A DNA stretch of 26,996 bases from a virus (taxonomy: Duplodnaviria > Caudoviricetes), in IMG/VR virus record IMGVR_UViG_3300010389_000101, positions 1 to 26,996 of that record; one strand, given 5' to 3'. The notes under the pieces are model-generated. The model had not been told where the DNA came from, ran no database searches, and saw only the letters and a program-made list of their open reading frames with translations. This document shows, in pieces, positions 1-11,600 of this stretch. Each line of letters starts with the position of its first letter. Within the stretch, counting starts at the first letter, position 1. Made by a program: the position numbers and the translations under genes.

Positions 1-31
1 CCCCGTAAAAAGTTCTGTTCAACCCTTAAAC

Positions 32-36
32 GAGGA
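32..36 (+). promoter_or_regulatory. Shine-Dalgarno site for ORF 45..296
   Basis: GAGGA at 32-36, 8 nt upstream of the ATG at 45. Confidence 0.65.
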
Positions 37-44
37 TAAAACAG

Positions 45-296
45 ATGGCAATTCAACCTCATCCAGATAGAGATCCCGATTATATGGAGTCAATGTGGGG
101 CACGAGGGGATTGATTACTGATTACTGGACAACACCTATGAAAAAACAAGACGATAGCCTACTCAGAGAGGTCGTTGGAGATCATGTTCATGACTTAAAA
201 CGTCAAACTGTGCTTCATGAATCAATTAGAAATGATGAAGACTATGATGATTGGGAATATGGCACCGAGCCAACCTATGGAAAACCTGATAAATAG
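45..296 (+). CDS. Small acidic hypothetical phage protein (83 aa) upstream of gp25
   Basis: Good RBS; same strand as the operon; acidic/aromatic C-terminus DEDYDDWEYGTEPTYG. Function not recognisable. Confidence 0.75.
   Translation: MAIQPHPDRDPDYMESMWGTRGLITDYWTTPMKKQDDSLLREVVGDHVHDLKRQTVLHESIRNDEDYDDWEYGTEPTYGKPDK
288..295 (+). promoter_or_regulatory. T4-like late (gp55 sigma) promoter core for gp25-gp6
   Basis: GATAAATA (T4 consensus TATAAATA), overlapping the stop of ORF 45..296 and about 30 nt before the gp25 ATG. Confidence 0.7.
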
Positions 297-324
297 GTTT
301 ATAATCTAAAAATTATGCCTTTTC

Positions 325-726
325 ATGGCTACAAAGCGCATATCTAGGGCATTCAAGGACATTTCTCTGTCTTTTGCACCACATCCAATCACAAAAGACC
401 TTCCTGTGCTCACAAATGAGCGTGCAATCGCACGCTCTGTGCGTAATTTAGTCGAAACAATCCCAACTGAACGGTTTTTTAATCCAGATTTGGGTTCTGA
501 TGTCAGAAGTACGTTATTTGGCTTCTGTGACTACGGTACTGCTAGTGTTATTGCTGATCAAATCGAAGAAACTATCTTAAATTATGAGCCAAGAGCGGCA
601 AATTTAAATGTAGAGGTGTTTCCAAGACCAGATGATAACAGTTTTGAGGTAAATGTCTTTTTTGACATCGTTGGGCAAGATTTACCCCCGCAAAATGTCT
701 CCTTCTTACTTGAGGTCACGAGATAA
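325..726 (+). CDS. gp25: Baseplate wedge subunit gp25 (GPW/gp25 family)
   Basis: 133 aa; motifs AIARSVRNLVETIPTERFFNPDLGS and I.NYEPR are typical of gp25; directly upstream of gp6. Confidence 0.92.
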   Translation: MATKRISRAFKDISLSFAPHPITKDLPVLTNERAIARSVRNLVETIPTERFFNPDLGSDVRSTLFGFCDYGTASVIADQIEETILNYEPRAANLNVEVFPRPDDNSFEVNVFFDIVGQDLPPQNVSFLLEVTR

Positions 727-2634
727 ATGCCATTAACAAAGTTTACAAACTTAGATTTTGATCAAATTAAGGCTTCAATCAAGTCTTATCTTAGATCAAA
801 CTCAAATTTTACCGATTTTGACTTCGAGGGATCGAATTTTGCCGTTCTTATCGATACTTTAGCATATAATACCTATATTACAGCATTTAACACCAATATG
901 GTTGTAAATGAGTCATTTATTGACTCTGCTACACTGAGGGAAAACGTTGTATCTCTTGCTAGAAACATTGGATATGTTCCTAGATCAAGAAAATCGGCAA
1001 ATGCTCAGGTAAGTTTTAATATTGAATATACTGGATCTAGTCCAACAGTAACTTTGAACAAAGGTCTGGTCGTTGTTGGAGCTACAGACAATAGTTCGGT
1101 CGTATTTTCGATTCCAGAAGACATTACAACGACCAGTGTGCTGATTGGTCCTGATGTCAACGGAAATGGACCTAGAAGGGCATCATTTAGTTCAATCGAT
1201 GTCTATCAAGGTACACTGCTTACAAAGCAGTTTCAGGTCAATGCATCGGTCGATCAGAGGTTTATTCTAGACAACCCTGGCATCGATACAAGCTCTATTA
1301 GAGTAACTGTCAGAGGTCCTCAAGAGAATGTTGGTAGAGAATACAGACAAGTAGAAAATATTATTGATATTGAATCGACTTCTGAAATCTATTTGATTCA
1401 AGAAATTGCAGATGAAAGATACGAACTCTTATTTGGTGATGGAATTTTTGGTAAAAAATTAGAAAATGATGCAATTATTGAAGTATCTTACATTATCACT
1501 AATGGTGCGACTGGAAATGGTGCCAATAACTTCACATACACTGGTTCTGTAAAGAATAGTTCAAATATAACTTTCTTGCCAACAAATACTGTAACAGTAA
1601 CTACAAATCAATCTGCAGTTAATGGATCTGATGTTGAATCGATCGAGTCCGTAAAATATTATGCTCCCAGATTGTATTCTTCTCAATACAGAGCAGTTAC
1701 TGCAAAGGACTATGAAGCTATTATTCAAAGAATTTATCCAGATACAGAATCTGTGTCTGTTGTTGGTGGAGAAGAGTTAGATCCTCCAGAATTCGGAACT
1801 GTTGTGTTGAGCATCAAACCCAAAAACGGTACATTCCTTTCTGATTTCACAAAGAGTCAAATTTTAAGCAAATTAAAGGATTTTTCTGTTGCTGGAGTGA
1901 ATCAAAGAATTGAAGATCTTAAACTTCTGTATATCGAACTTATTTCTGATGTATTTTATAATGCAAGTCAGGTTCCAGATGTAAATCAACTCAAAACTGA
2001 TATTACTTCCAGTTTGAATACTTATGCAGATTCTATTGATTTGAATAAATTTGGTGGTAGATTTAAATACAGCAAAACTGTAAAAGTCATTGACAATACA
2101 AATGAAGCTATCACTTCTAATATTACAAGAGTAATTATTAGAAGAAACTTGAAGGCACTTTTAAATCAATACACTCAATATGAAATTTGCTATGGTAATA
2201 GATTTCATGTTGTAAGTGAAGGATATAATATTAAGAGCACAGGATTCACTGTGGAAGGATCTTCTGATCTTTTATACTTTACTGACGTACCAAATGCAGA
2301 TAAAGAAACAGGTGCGATTGCAATTGTAAAAGAATCAGATAGGGGTCCAGTTGTTGTTGTTCCCGCTGCAGGAACTATTGATTATTTGAAAGGTGAAATA
2401 TTAATCAATACAGTTAATATAACGTCAACGGTAAAACTAGATGGAATTATTGAGATTCAAGCTGTTCCAGAATCAAACGATGTAATCGGTCTTAAAGACT
2501 TGTATTTGCAATTGGATATCTCGAATAGCACCATAAATATGGCAAGAGACACTATTACATCTGGTGAACAAATCTCGGGAGTTGGATTCCCTGTCGCATC
2601 CAGTTATACCAACGGACAATTAAGTAGGAAATGA
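727..2634 (+). CDS. gp6: Baseplate wedge subunit gp6
   Basis: 635 aa; LDFDQIK...FTDFDFEGSN...LIDTLAYNT, ESFIDSATLRENVVSLARNIGYVPRS, YELLFGDGIFGK and QYRAVTAKDY are gp6/Baseplate-J motifs; ATG abuts the gp25 stop. Confidence 0.93.
   Translation: MPLTKFTNLDFDQIKASIKSYLRSNSNFTDFDFEGSNFAVLIDTLAYNTYITAFNTNMVVNESFIDSATLRENVVSLARNIGYVPRSRKSANAQVSFNIEYTGSSPTVTLNKGLVVVGATDNSSVVFSIPEDITTTSVLIGPDVNGNGPRRASFSSIDVYQGTLLTKQFQVNASVDQRFILDNPGIDTSSIRVTVRGPQENVGREYRQVENIIDIESTSEIYLIQEIADERYELLFGDGIFGKKLENDAIIEVSYIITNGATGNGANNFTYTGSVKNSSNITFLPTNTVTVTTNQSAVNGSDVESIESVKYYAPRLYSSQYRAVTAKDYEAIIQRIYPDTESVSVVGGEELDPPEFGTVVLSIKPKNGTFLSDFTKSQILSKLKDFSVAGVNQRIEDLKLLYIELISDVFYNASQVPDVNQLKTDITSSLNTYADSIDLNKFGGRFKYSKTVKVIDNTNEAITSNITRVIIRRNLKALLNQYTQYEICYGNRFHVVSEGYNIKSTGFTVEGSSDLLYFTDVPNADKETGAIAIVKESDRGPVVVVPAAGTIDYLKGEILINTVNITSTVKLDGIIEIQAVPESNDVIGLKDLYLQLDISNSTINMARDTITSGEQISGVGFPVASSYTNGQLSRK
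2533..2539 (+). promoter_or_regulatory. Putative late promoter core inside the 3' end of gp6, serving gp7
   Basis: ATAAATA within the T-I-N-M codons, about 90 nt before the gp7 ATG at 2631. Confidence 0.55.
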
Positions 2635-5600
2635 TAAACACCAATTCTGTCTTTGAATCTAGAGTCAAAATTCAGGACGTTGTAGATAGTCAGCTTCCAG
2701 AATTTATTAAAGAAGAAAATCCACTTGTAGTGGATTTTTTAAGAACATACTATACTTCACAAGAATTTTCTAGTGGTCCAACAGACCTTGCGGAAAATAT
2801 TGATCAATACCTTAAGTTAGACAGTCTAACACCAGATGTGATTGCGGGCATGTCTACGGTGACTGCTGGCATTTCAACGACAGATACGGAAATCTATGTA
2901 ACTAATACTAAAGGATTTCCGCAAGAATACGGATTAATTAAATTAGGAAATGAGGTTATTACATATACTGGTGTAACCACAAACTCATTTACTGGGTGTG
3001 TACGTGGTTTTTCTGGTATTACTTCATATCGCGCACCAAATAATCCAGAAGAACTTGTATTTTCGGAAACTTCCGCTCAAACTCACTCAGCTGGAACAGG
3101 TGTTCAAAACCTCAGTGCGCTTTTCCTCAAAGAGTTTTACAAAAAACTCAAAAAATTATATACACCAGGATTAGAAGATACCACACTTGCATCCAATCTT
3201 GATGTAAATAATTTTATCAAAGAATCAAGAAGTTTATATCAAAGTAAGGGTACAGAAGAATCTATCAAAATTCTTCTCAAAGTTCTTTATGGTGTCGATT
3301 CAAAAGTAATTGATCTTGAGCAATTCCTGTCAAAGCCATCGTATGCGGATTATGTCCGTAGAGAAGTTGTAGTTGCCAAACTTATAAGTGGCAATCCATC
3401 TTTAATTTCTGGAACAACACTATTCCAAGATGCTCAACCAGTCAACAATATTGTTGCTGCTAGTGGACCAATCTCAGAAGTTGAAATTTTCACTAGAGGA
3501 AGTAGTGATGATATTGGTGTTCAAACATATTACAAAATTTCCCTCTTCATTGGATTTGATGATGAAAGTCTGATTGAAGGAAAGTTTGCTATTCCTGGAA
3601 CTAGTTTTACCATCGGAAGTCATTCTGCTGGTAGCAGTGTAATTACTGTTGACTCTACGATTGGATTCCCCCAGTCTGGATCTTTTGTTATTGGTGATGA
3701 TACAGTCACATATACTGATAAAACAATCACTCAGTTTATCGGATGTTCTGGGCTTACATCAGACATTACTCCAAGAACAGAACTTACTCAGAATTTAGAG
3801 GTATATGCATATGAAGAAAACGATCTGACTAGACCTGTTAGATTTGTACTCACTGGAGTTTTGAGTGATTTTGTTCAAGCTGAAGATATTTTTTCATCGG
3901 TAGAAGGATCTTTAATTTCTGTAAAAAATCTTGGTCAAGTTGTTGCCAATGATCCACAAGATGATTCTTATAAAAAGATCTTTTTCAATTCTTGGATTTA
4001 TAACACTTCTACTAGATATTTTGTAAGTTCTTTCAGTGGTTCTACTTTTAACTTAGCATCTACCATTGACGAATCAAGTTTGAAACTTGGTGATTATGTT
4101 GATGTTGTAGAAAGATCAAGTCAAACTATCGCTGCTTCAAATTTAGAAGTAGTAAGTGTAAACTTGACTAATAATGCAGTAACTCTTGGTGCTGGAAATT
4201 ATTCGGGAATAAATCCAAATGGTTTTTATGATATTAGAAAAAGAATTAATACAGCTTCCAGTTTAGGAGCTCCATTAGCTAATGGGGACAATGTTTTATC
4301 CTCAGATATATTAAACACCTATGTTGAAAATAATGAGTTTGCATATGTTGCTTCGAACTCATTACCATCTTATGTTATTAGACCAGTAACAACTGAAGTA
4401 CAAATTGCTACGGCTTCTACTGCAAGTGGAGCACTTCAAAACTATGATGTAAATAAGTTGTCATATGACACTCTATCTTTCCCCGATGTTGTTCCATTCT
4501 TTACTGGAGATGAAATTGTATATTCACCAGATGCTGGCATCCCAGCTATTATTGGACTAACAACGAACTCAAGTTACTTTGTTGAAGTTCAACCAGCACC
4601 AAATAATAATAGAATTAAGTTAGCACTCTCTAGATCTTTCCTTGCTGCAGGATCTTTTGTAAGATTCAATCCAACTGGTAGTGGTCCACATAACTTCATT
4701 CTTGCCGAACAAAGAGAAGGTTCTATCCAACCACAAAAATTACTTAAGAAGTTCCCTCTGAGTCAAAATCTTAGAACTGGAAGAAAGGATTTAACACCAA
4801 CGGGTTCAACTGGAATGTTGATCAATGGTGTTGAAATTTCTAACTATAAAGTTGATGAATCTGTTTTTTACGGTCCACTTAGCAATGTAAATATTTTCAA
4901 TGGTGGAGATAGTTACGATGCTGTAAGTCCTCCAAGAGTAATCGTAGGAAATCCATCAGTTGCTTCTGGAACAACAGCTTTAGTTCAACCAGTTGTTGAA
5001 GGTTCTTTTGAAGACATTTTAGTTGACCCAGTAAACTTCGATATCGAAGAAGTCCTTTCTATTGAAATTGCTGGTGGTAATGGTGAAGGAGCAACTGCAT
5101 CAGCAACATTAGCATCTGAGTTTAGAGAAGTATTCTTTAACGCAAATACTCTTGCTGAAGGTGGTGGTATTGATGTTGCCGATAATACAATTAGTTTCCA
5201 GACTCAACATAATTTCCAAACAGGTGATCCTATTGTATACAATGCATTAGGAAATCCAGCTCTTGGTATTGCCACTAACACTTCAAATGATGCTGTTCAG
5301 GGATTAACACTTCAAACAGGTAATATCTACTATTCCAAGTTTATCAATAGTAGTACGATTCAGATTCATAATACAAAACTTGATTCTCAACTAGGTATCA
5401 ATACTATTGGTATTACGACTGAGAACAATGCTGGACTAATGAAGTTCAGAACTACTAATAAGAAGCTTAAGATTGATAGGCTTAGTGTTCTTAACCCTGG
5501 ACAAGGATATTCTAATAGAAAACTCATTGTTCAGTCAACAGGTATTAACACTGCAAATGATAGTATTGTTTTCAATAATCATAACTTTACTAATGGTGAC

Positions 5601-8600
5601 TTTGTAGAGTACGAATACTTCAATACTCCTATTTCTGGACTCTCCACTACAGTTCAGTACAAGGTATTGACTATTTCCAATGATGAGTTTAGACTTGCTA
5701 ATGCTGGTGTAGGTGGAACTAATCTTTCTGACTTTAACAGAAACAAATACGTCTCTCTTGATTCTGTTGGTGTTGGAAGCCACATCTTCAAGTATCCACA
5801 AATCACCGTTACTATCAAAGCAGTAACAACTCAACAGAGAGAAGGAACATTTACAGCAACTCCAGTTGTCAGAGGTCCGATCGTTGATGCGTATCTTTAT
5901 AATCCTGGAACAGACTATGGTTCGGAAATTCTAAACTTCCAAAGAACACCAGAAATTAGAGTAGAAAGTGGATCTGGTGCTGAAGTAAGACCAGTTATTT
6001 TGAATGGTAGAATTGATAGTGTATTCGTTCTTAGTGGTGGTTCTGGATATACTTCTCCACCAGAGCTTGTTGTCAATTCAAACCCAGTAGGAACTGGTAC
6101 AACAGGAACAGGTGCAAGACTCAGAGCACTGATTAATAGTGCTGGTATTGTGACCTCTGTAGTGGTTCTAGGACAGGGTTTAAACTACGATACGAACACA
6201 ACCACCATTAAGGCTAATTCGGTGGGTTCTGGGGCAATCCTGAACGGTTTCGTGAGACGTTTGGGTGTTAATAAGTTTGCCAAGATTAATGATAATGGTG
6301 GAGAGATCGTAGCACCTACACCAGAGAAAGGTCTTGAGTATGCCGCAATTGGATATGGAGTAACACTTAGAAATGCTTTTGGTGACAGTGGTGCATTCCA
6401 CTCTCCAATTATTGGATGGGCTTATGATGGAAATCCAATCTATGGATCATATGGATATGTTGATCCAGAAGATATTCAGAGTGGAACTAAGAGAGTCGGA
6501 TCTGGATACACATCTAACATTTCTTACATTTCTAATAGACCAAATTCCACTACTTTCCCACTAGGGTTCTTTGTTGATGACTACAGATTTACTGATGTTG
6601 GTGATCTTGACGAATTTAATGGTAGATTTACAATTACTAATGAATTCCCAGAGGGTGTTTATGCATATTATGCAACCATTGATGCAAATGGAAATCCAAA
6701 ATTCCCATTCTTTATTGGAAACTATTACAGATCCAGAAAGATCTTAGAGAACGTAGATCCCGCAAATGTTATTGATCAAAGATTTGATTTTAACAGTTCT
6801 GATTTAATTAGAAATACTTTCCCACAGAAAATTGGAGAGGAGGGAGCTTCGTATGATTTTGCCATCGAACCATACAAAGTATTCTCTCAAGATTCTGTAG
6901 TTGATATTGTTGGATCTGGATCTGTAGACTTCATTAGTGTCGCATCTACAGGAAATGCTAGATACGCAGTTGGTGACACCATAAACTTTGGTGAGACTGG
7001 AACTGGTTTTGGACTTGCAGCAGAAGTTTCTAGAATCTCTGGAAAGTCTGTCGTAAGTGTATCTTCTACAGAAACTGTTTACGAGAACGCTGTTGTAAAA
7101 TGGAGATCTGATAATAAAGTAGAGATTTCTATTGAACCAAACTTTGCTTTAATCGATAATGATATTGTTAGAATTACTGGACTTTCGACTTTTGTTGAAA
7201 ACCTTGACGGTGCTCATATAATTGACAGTGGTTTAGCACCTGCTAAGCTTCTTGTCGGTATGGGAACAACTGGTGTTAGTGGAATGACCACTGATGTATC
7301 AGTTACAAACCTGCCAATTTCGATTGGAAGTTCGATCAAAATTTCGAACGAAATATTTGGTGTACTAAACGTATTTGCTGGTGATGGTATTATTAGAGTC
7401 AATAGATTCCCATCAGAAACTGCAAGCGGTGGAGTGGGACACACTGCCACTGAAACTGTCACTTACATGCCGCAGAGATTTACCGTTTCTGTAAAAACAC
7501 CTTACTTTGAATCTGAGGAACAAGATAAAGTTTTCTTCAATCCATTTGAGGCAGTTGGTATTGGTATTACCGCTGGCATCTCTACAATCAGATCATATCA
7601 GTTTAATGGTATTACCACACAAAGAAGTATTCTGACTCAAAATATTTTCTTAGAGAATCATCCATTTGAAACTAACCAACCTCTGTCGTACTCTGTAGGT
7701 TTAGGAACTACATCTATTGGTGTTTCGACAAGCCCAACTGGAACTGTTTTCTATCTTCCCGACTTAGTTTACGCAGTTAAAAATTCCAAAGATACAATTG
7801 GTTTGGCAACGGTTCTCAATGGAGATCAAGTATTCTTCAGAGACGTATCTTATACCAATCTTTATGATTACAAGTTAGAGTCTCGTTTCCCTCAAGTAAC
7901 GGCTGATATTAAGAAAATAACAGGCACAGTTTCTACGGGTGAAACACATGGACTTGTTGACGGCAATACAATTACACTTTCCGTTAAACCTGGACTGAGC
8001 ACAGGTGTTGGTGCAGCAACTACGGTTGTTTTAAAAGTAGTTGATGAAAAGATTCTTGTAAATCCAGTTGCAATCAGTTCTGCTGGTGTTAGCACCAGCA
8101 CGAATATTATCACAAAGATTGATCATGAATATTTGACTGGTGATAAGGTTTACTATGAAGCAGATGAGGTCATTGGTGGACTTTCTACAGGAACCTTCTA
8201 CATCTATGCAATTGATAAAGATAATTTTAGATTAACAGAAACTAGAACGGATGCTATTTCTTCACCTCCCATCTTCGTTAATCTGACATCTGTTGGTGGA
8301 GTATCACAAACACTGTCTCTTGTAAATCCACCTCTTGATGTCTTCAGGAATAATGATCTTGTATTCAATTTAGAAGATGCAAGCCTTGCTGGATATAATC
8401 TAAAGGTTTATTATGATGATGAGTATGAAAATGCTGTTGTTTCGACAGGTCAAACAACCAATTTCCTGGTTTCTACCTTTGGAACTAATGGAACAGCAGG
8501 TGCTGGTGCGACTGTAGGATTCTCGTCTGTCTTCCCAGATATTCTTTATTATAATCTGGATAAGGGTGGGTTTATCAGTACATCTGATACAGATGTTAAT

Positions 8601-11600
8601 GCATATAACCAAATTAGATATTCTGATAGTAGATATAACGGCACTTACAATATTACAGGTGTAACCAGCACGACTTTTAGTGTTAATCTTTCAGAAGTCG
8701 TTGAAAAGTCCTCTTACACAGATGCTGAATGCGATTCCATTGATTACAGTACAACATCAACAACTGCAACTGGCGCAATTGATGGAGTCAAAATTATATT
8801 CAATGGATTGGGATATAAAACTGTTCCAAACATTTCTAGCATAACCTCTGTATATGGTGCAGACTCTGTATTGAGACTTAACTCTTCTACGATTGGAAAA
8901 CTTGAATCTGTTAGACTTCTAACACCTGGATTCTCTTATCCATCTGATAAAACTCTTACTCCAACTGCAAACGTTCCAAATGAGTTATCTGTAACTGACT
9001 TCCAAACACTTGATACAATTACGGTTCTGTCTGGTGGTAAAAACTATTTGACCGCACCTGGATTGGTTCTTTATGATACATCTACTGGTGAGATTGTTTC
9101 TGACTTCCAAGGATCTACAGAACTTTCTGGAAGTGCAGTAAGCCCCACTACCATTGTTGATGGTGAAGAGACTGCTGGAGTCAGAATTGATAGAAATCCA
9201 GTTGGACTTAAAGAAGACGTTGTTTACGGTGCTGCGGCTGTTAGCAATGATAATGGAGTTTCCATTGTTAGTGTGGCATCAAGTACTGATAATCAGGTAA
9301 CTCTTAGTCTTTCCACACCTATCTTAGGTTTCACTACAGCACCATTTAAGGCTGGTGATAAGATTTTTGTTGAGGGTGTTGGATTAGCTTCAACTATTGG
9401 TGACGGTCACAATTCTTCCGATTATGGATATCAGTATTTTACTGTCACCGCTTATGATTCCAGTGTAAACCCAAATAAATTAACTTATGATCTTTCCAGC
9501 CTTGTAACCACAAATACTGGCATTGCAGTAACAAATCCTGGATTGTTTGCTAATGTCGTTAAGGAAGATGATCTCCCAGAATTTAGAGTAATCAAAAAGA
9601 ACTCTTTATTCGAACCTGGTGAGATTCTGTTCTTGAATAATGTTCAAGTCGTTGGATCTACTAATTTGACTGTCAGTAGCTTCAATGCATTAACAGGAAA
9701 ATTAAATATTGTCGGCACTACACCAATCAAGAGTGGTGACACTTTAACTGGCTCTGTAAGTGGTGCTAAGTGTACGATTACCAATATATCTACTAAAGTT
9801 GGTAGATTTGAGATTGACTCGACCTCGAAATTTACAAAAGGTTGGAGCAATGATATTGGAAAACTTAGTGAGGATTATCAAGTAACTGGTGATAATGATT
9901 ACTATCAAAGAATGTCTTACTCTATTCAGAGCGAAAAAGCATTTGATGATATTATTAGTTTCGTAAATGATAACGTCCATCCCTCGGGATATCGTAATTT
10001 TGCTGATACTCAAATCAATCCCAAAGGTAATGTAGGTCTATCCTTTACAACTGCACAAGAGGATCCATTCCTAGTTCTTGATATTTTTGATGGTGCAAAG
10101 AGAGTTGATACAATCAATGACTTTGATTTTGCACTAGACGTTGATGCAACATCAAACACCTCCAAGTCTATTGAGTTCCAGAATATTCCAATTACGGATT
10201 TTATTCTGAATAAGTCAAATAGAGTTGTTTCAATTGATGATATCAGTTCTCAATTCTTGAATGAAGATTCAGACGAACTTTTGCAATTCAAAGATGTCGT
10301 ATCTTTTGGTGATGGTAGAAAAACCAATAAGTTCCTGGTTCAGCTCGTTGATATTACAAATGACGCTGAAATGGGTCTTAAGGAAATTGTTTTAATCAAT
10401 AATAATGAGGATACGTTCGTATTTGAAAAAGTTGGTGTTGGTGAAACAATTGGTGAACTTGATGGATTCTTTGACGAGGATACCAATCAGTACTCTTTGA
10501 GATTCTCTCCAAATGAAATTTATAATACTGATTATGAAGTAAAACTTCTTCAAACCTTCTTTGATAGTGACAGTACTGGAATCGGGTCTCAGAGCATTGG
10601 ATTTGTAGATCTTATTTCTAAGACACAAAATGTAAGTGCTGGTGTTGGTACAACAGTTATTGGATTCAGCACTTCTATCACGGATACTTTCTATACAAGT
10701 GTTGAGATATTTGATGAATTTGACAATACTGTAGATTACAGTGAATTGGTCCTTACTCATGATGGGACTGACACTTATCTTACTGAGTTAGCAGCTTTTA
10801 ATACTAGAGTTGGTCTAAATGGACTTTCTGGTCCATTTATTGGATCCTTTACATCATCCATTGATTCTGGAGTTGTAAGTTTAATTTACAACAATAATGG
10901 ATCTAATGAAGTTAGAGTAAGAACTCAAACTATCGGTATTGGCACAACTGCTGCTGGTATTGGAACTTATAGATTTAAGTTTACTGGAAACCCTGATGGA
11001 ACAGAAAGAACTGGTAGATTTGAGTCTGATTTTGCCGAAGTAACTGGTGGAACACCAACAGTTATTACAGGAATCAACAGTATTACTGATGGATCTTTCA
11101 AATCAACTGTAAGAGTAAGTATTGGTGAAACACAAGCGATTCACCAAGTTTATGTCCTTAATGATCAGAAAGACAGAAAGAATTTATATGTGTTGAGTTA
11201 TCCATTCCTTGCAATTAATGATATTAATGGAATTGGCACTTTCTCTGCCGATTATTCTAACGATGGTGTTGATCTGAAGTTCCATCCAGATTACACTGGT
11301 GATATTCTGGTACAAACTTTCAATGAGATTTTGTATAGAGATCTTGATAATAATGGTGATGCTATTGGTATTGGGGATCTGACTTACGGTAACGTAAATC
11401 AAAATGTAGCTCAATCAGTTTATTATGGAATCAATCAAAGGGAAATTCTAGAATTTGATGCCAAGTTTGGTGGTGTTGATATTTTTGCAAAAACATTTGA
11501 CCCAGCAGCTGCGGGAATCGTTAGTACAACAAGAGGTGTATTTACTTTAAATCACTTCTTCCAAACTGGTGAACCTCTGGACTACGTTGCTGGATCTAAT

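Noticed and set aside
300-305. TATAAT sigma70-like -10 box before gp25
   Set aside because: No TTGACA-like -35 at the right spacing (277-282 is ATGGAA); AT-rich context; the adjacent late promoter core explains expression.
9408-9416. HNS tripeptide in gp7 as a possible intein C-terminus
   Set aside because: No hydrophobic block F/G context, no matching N-terminal Cys block A and no LAGLIDADG motifs seen.
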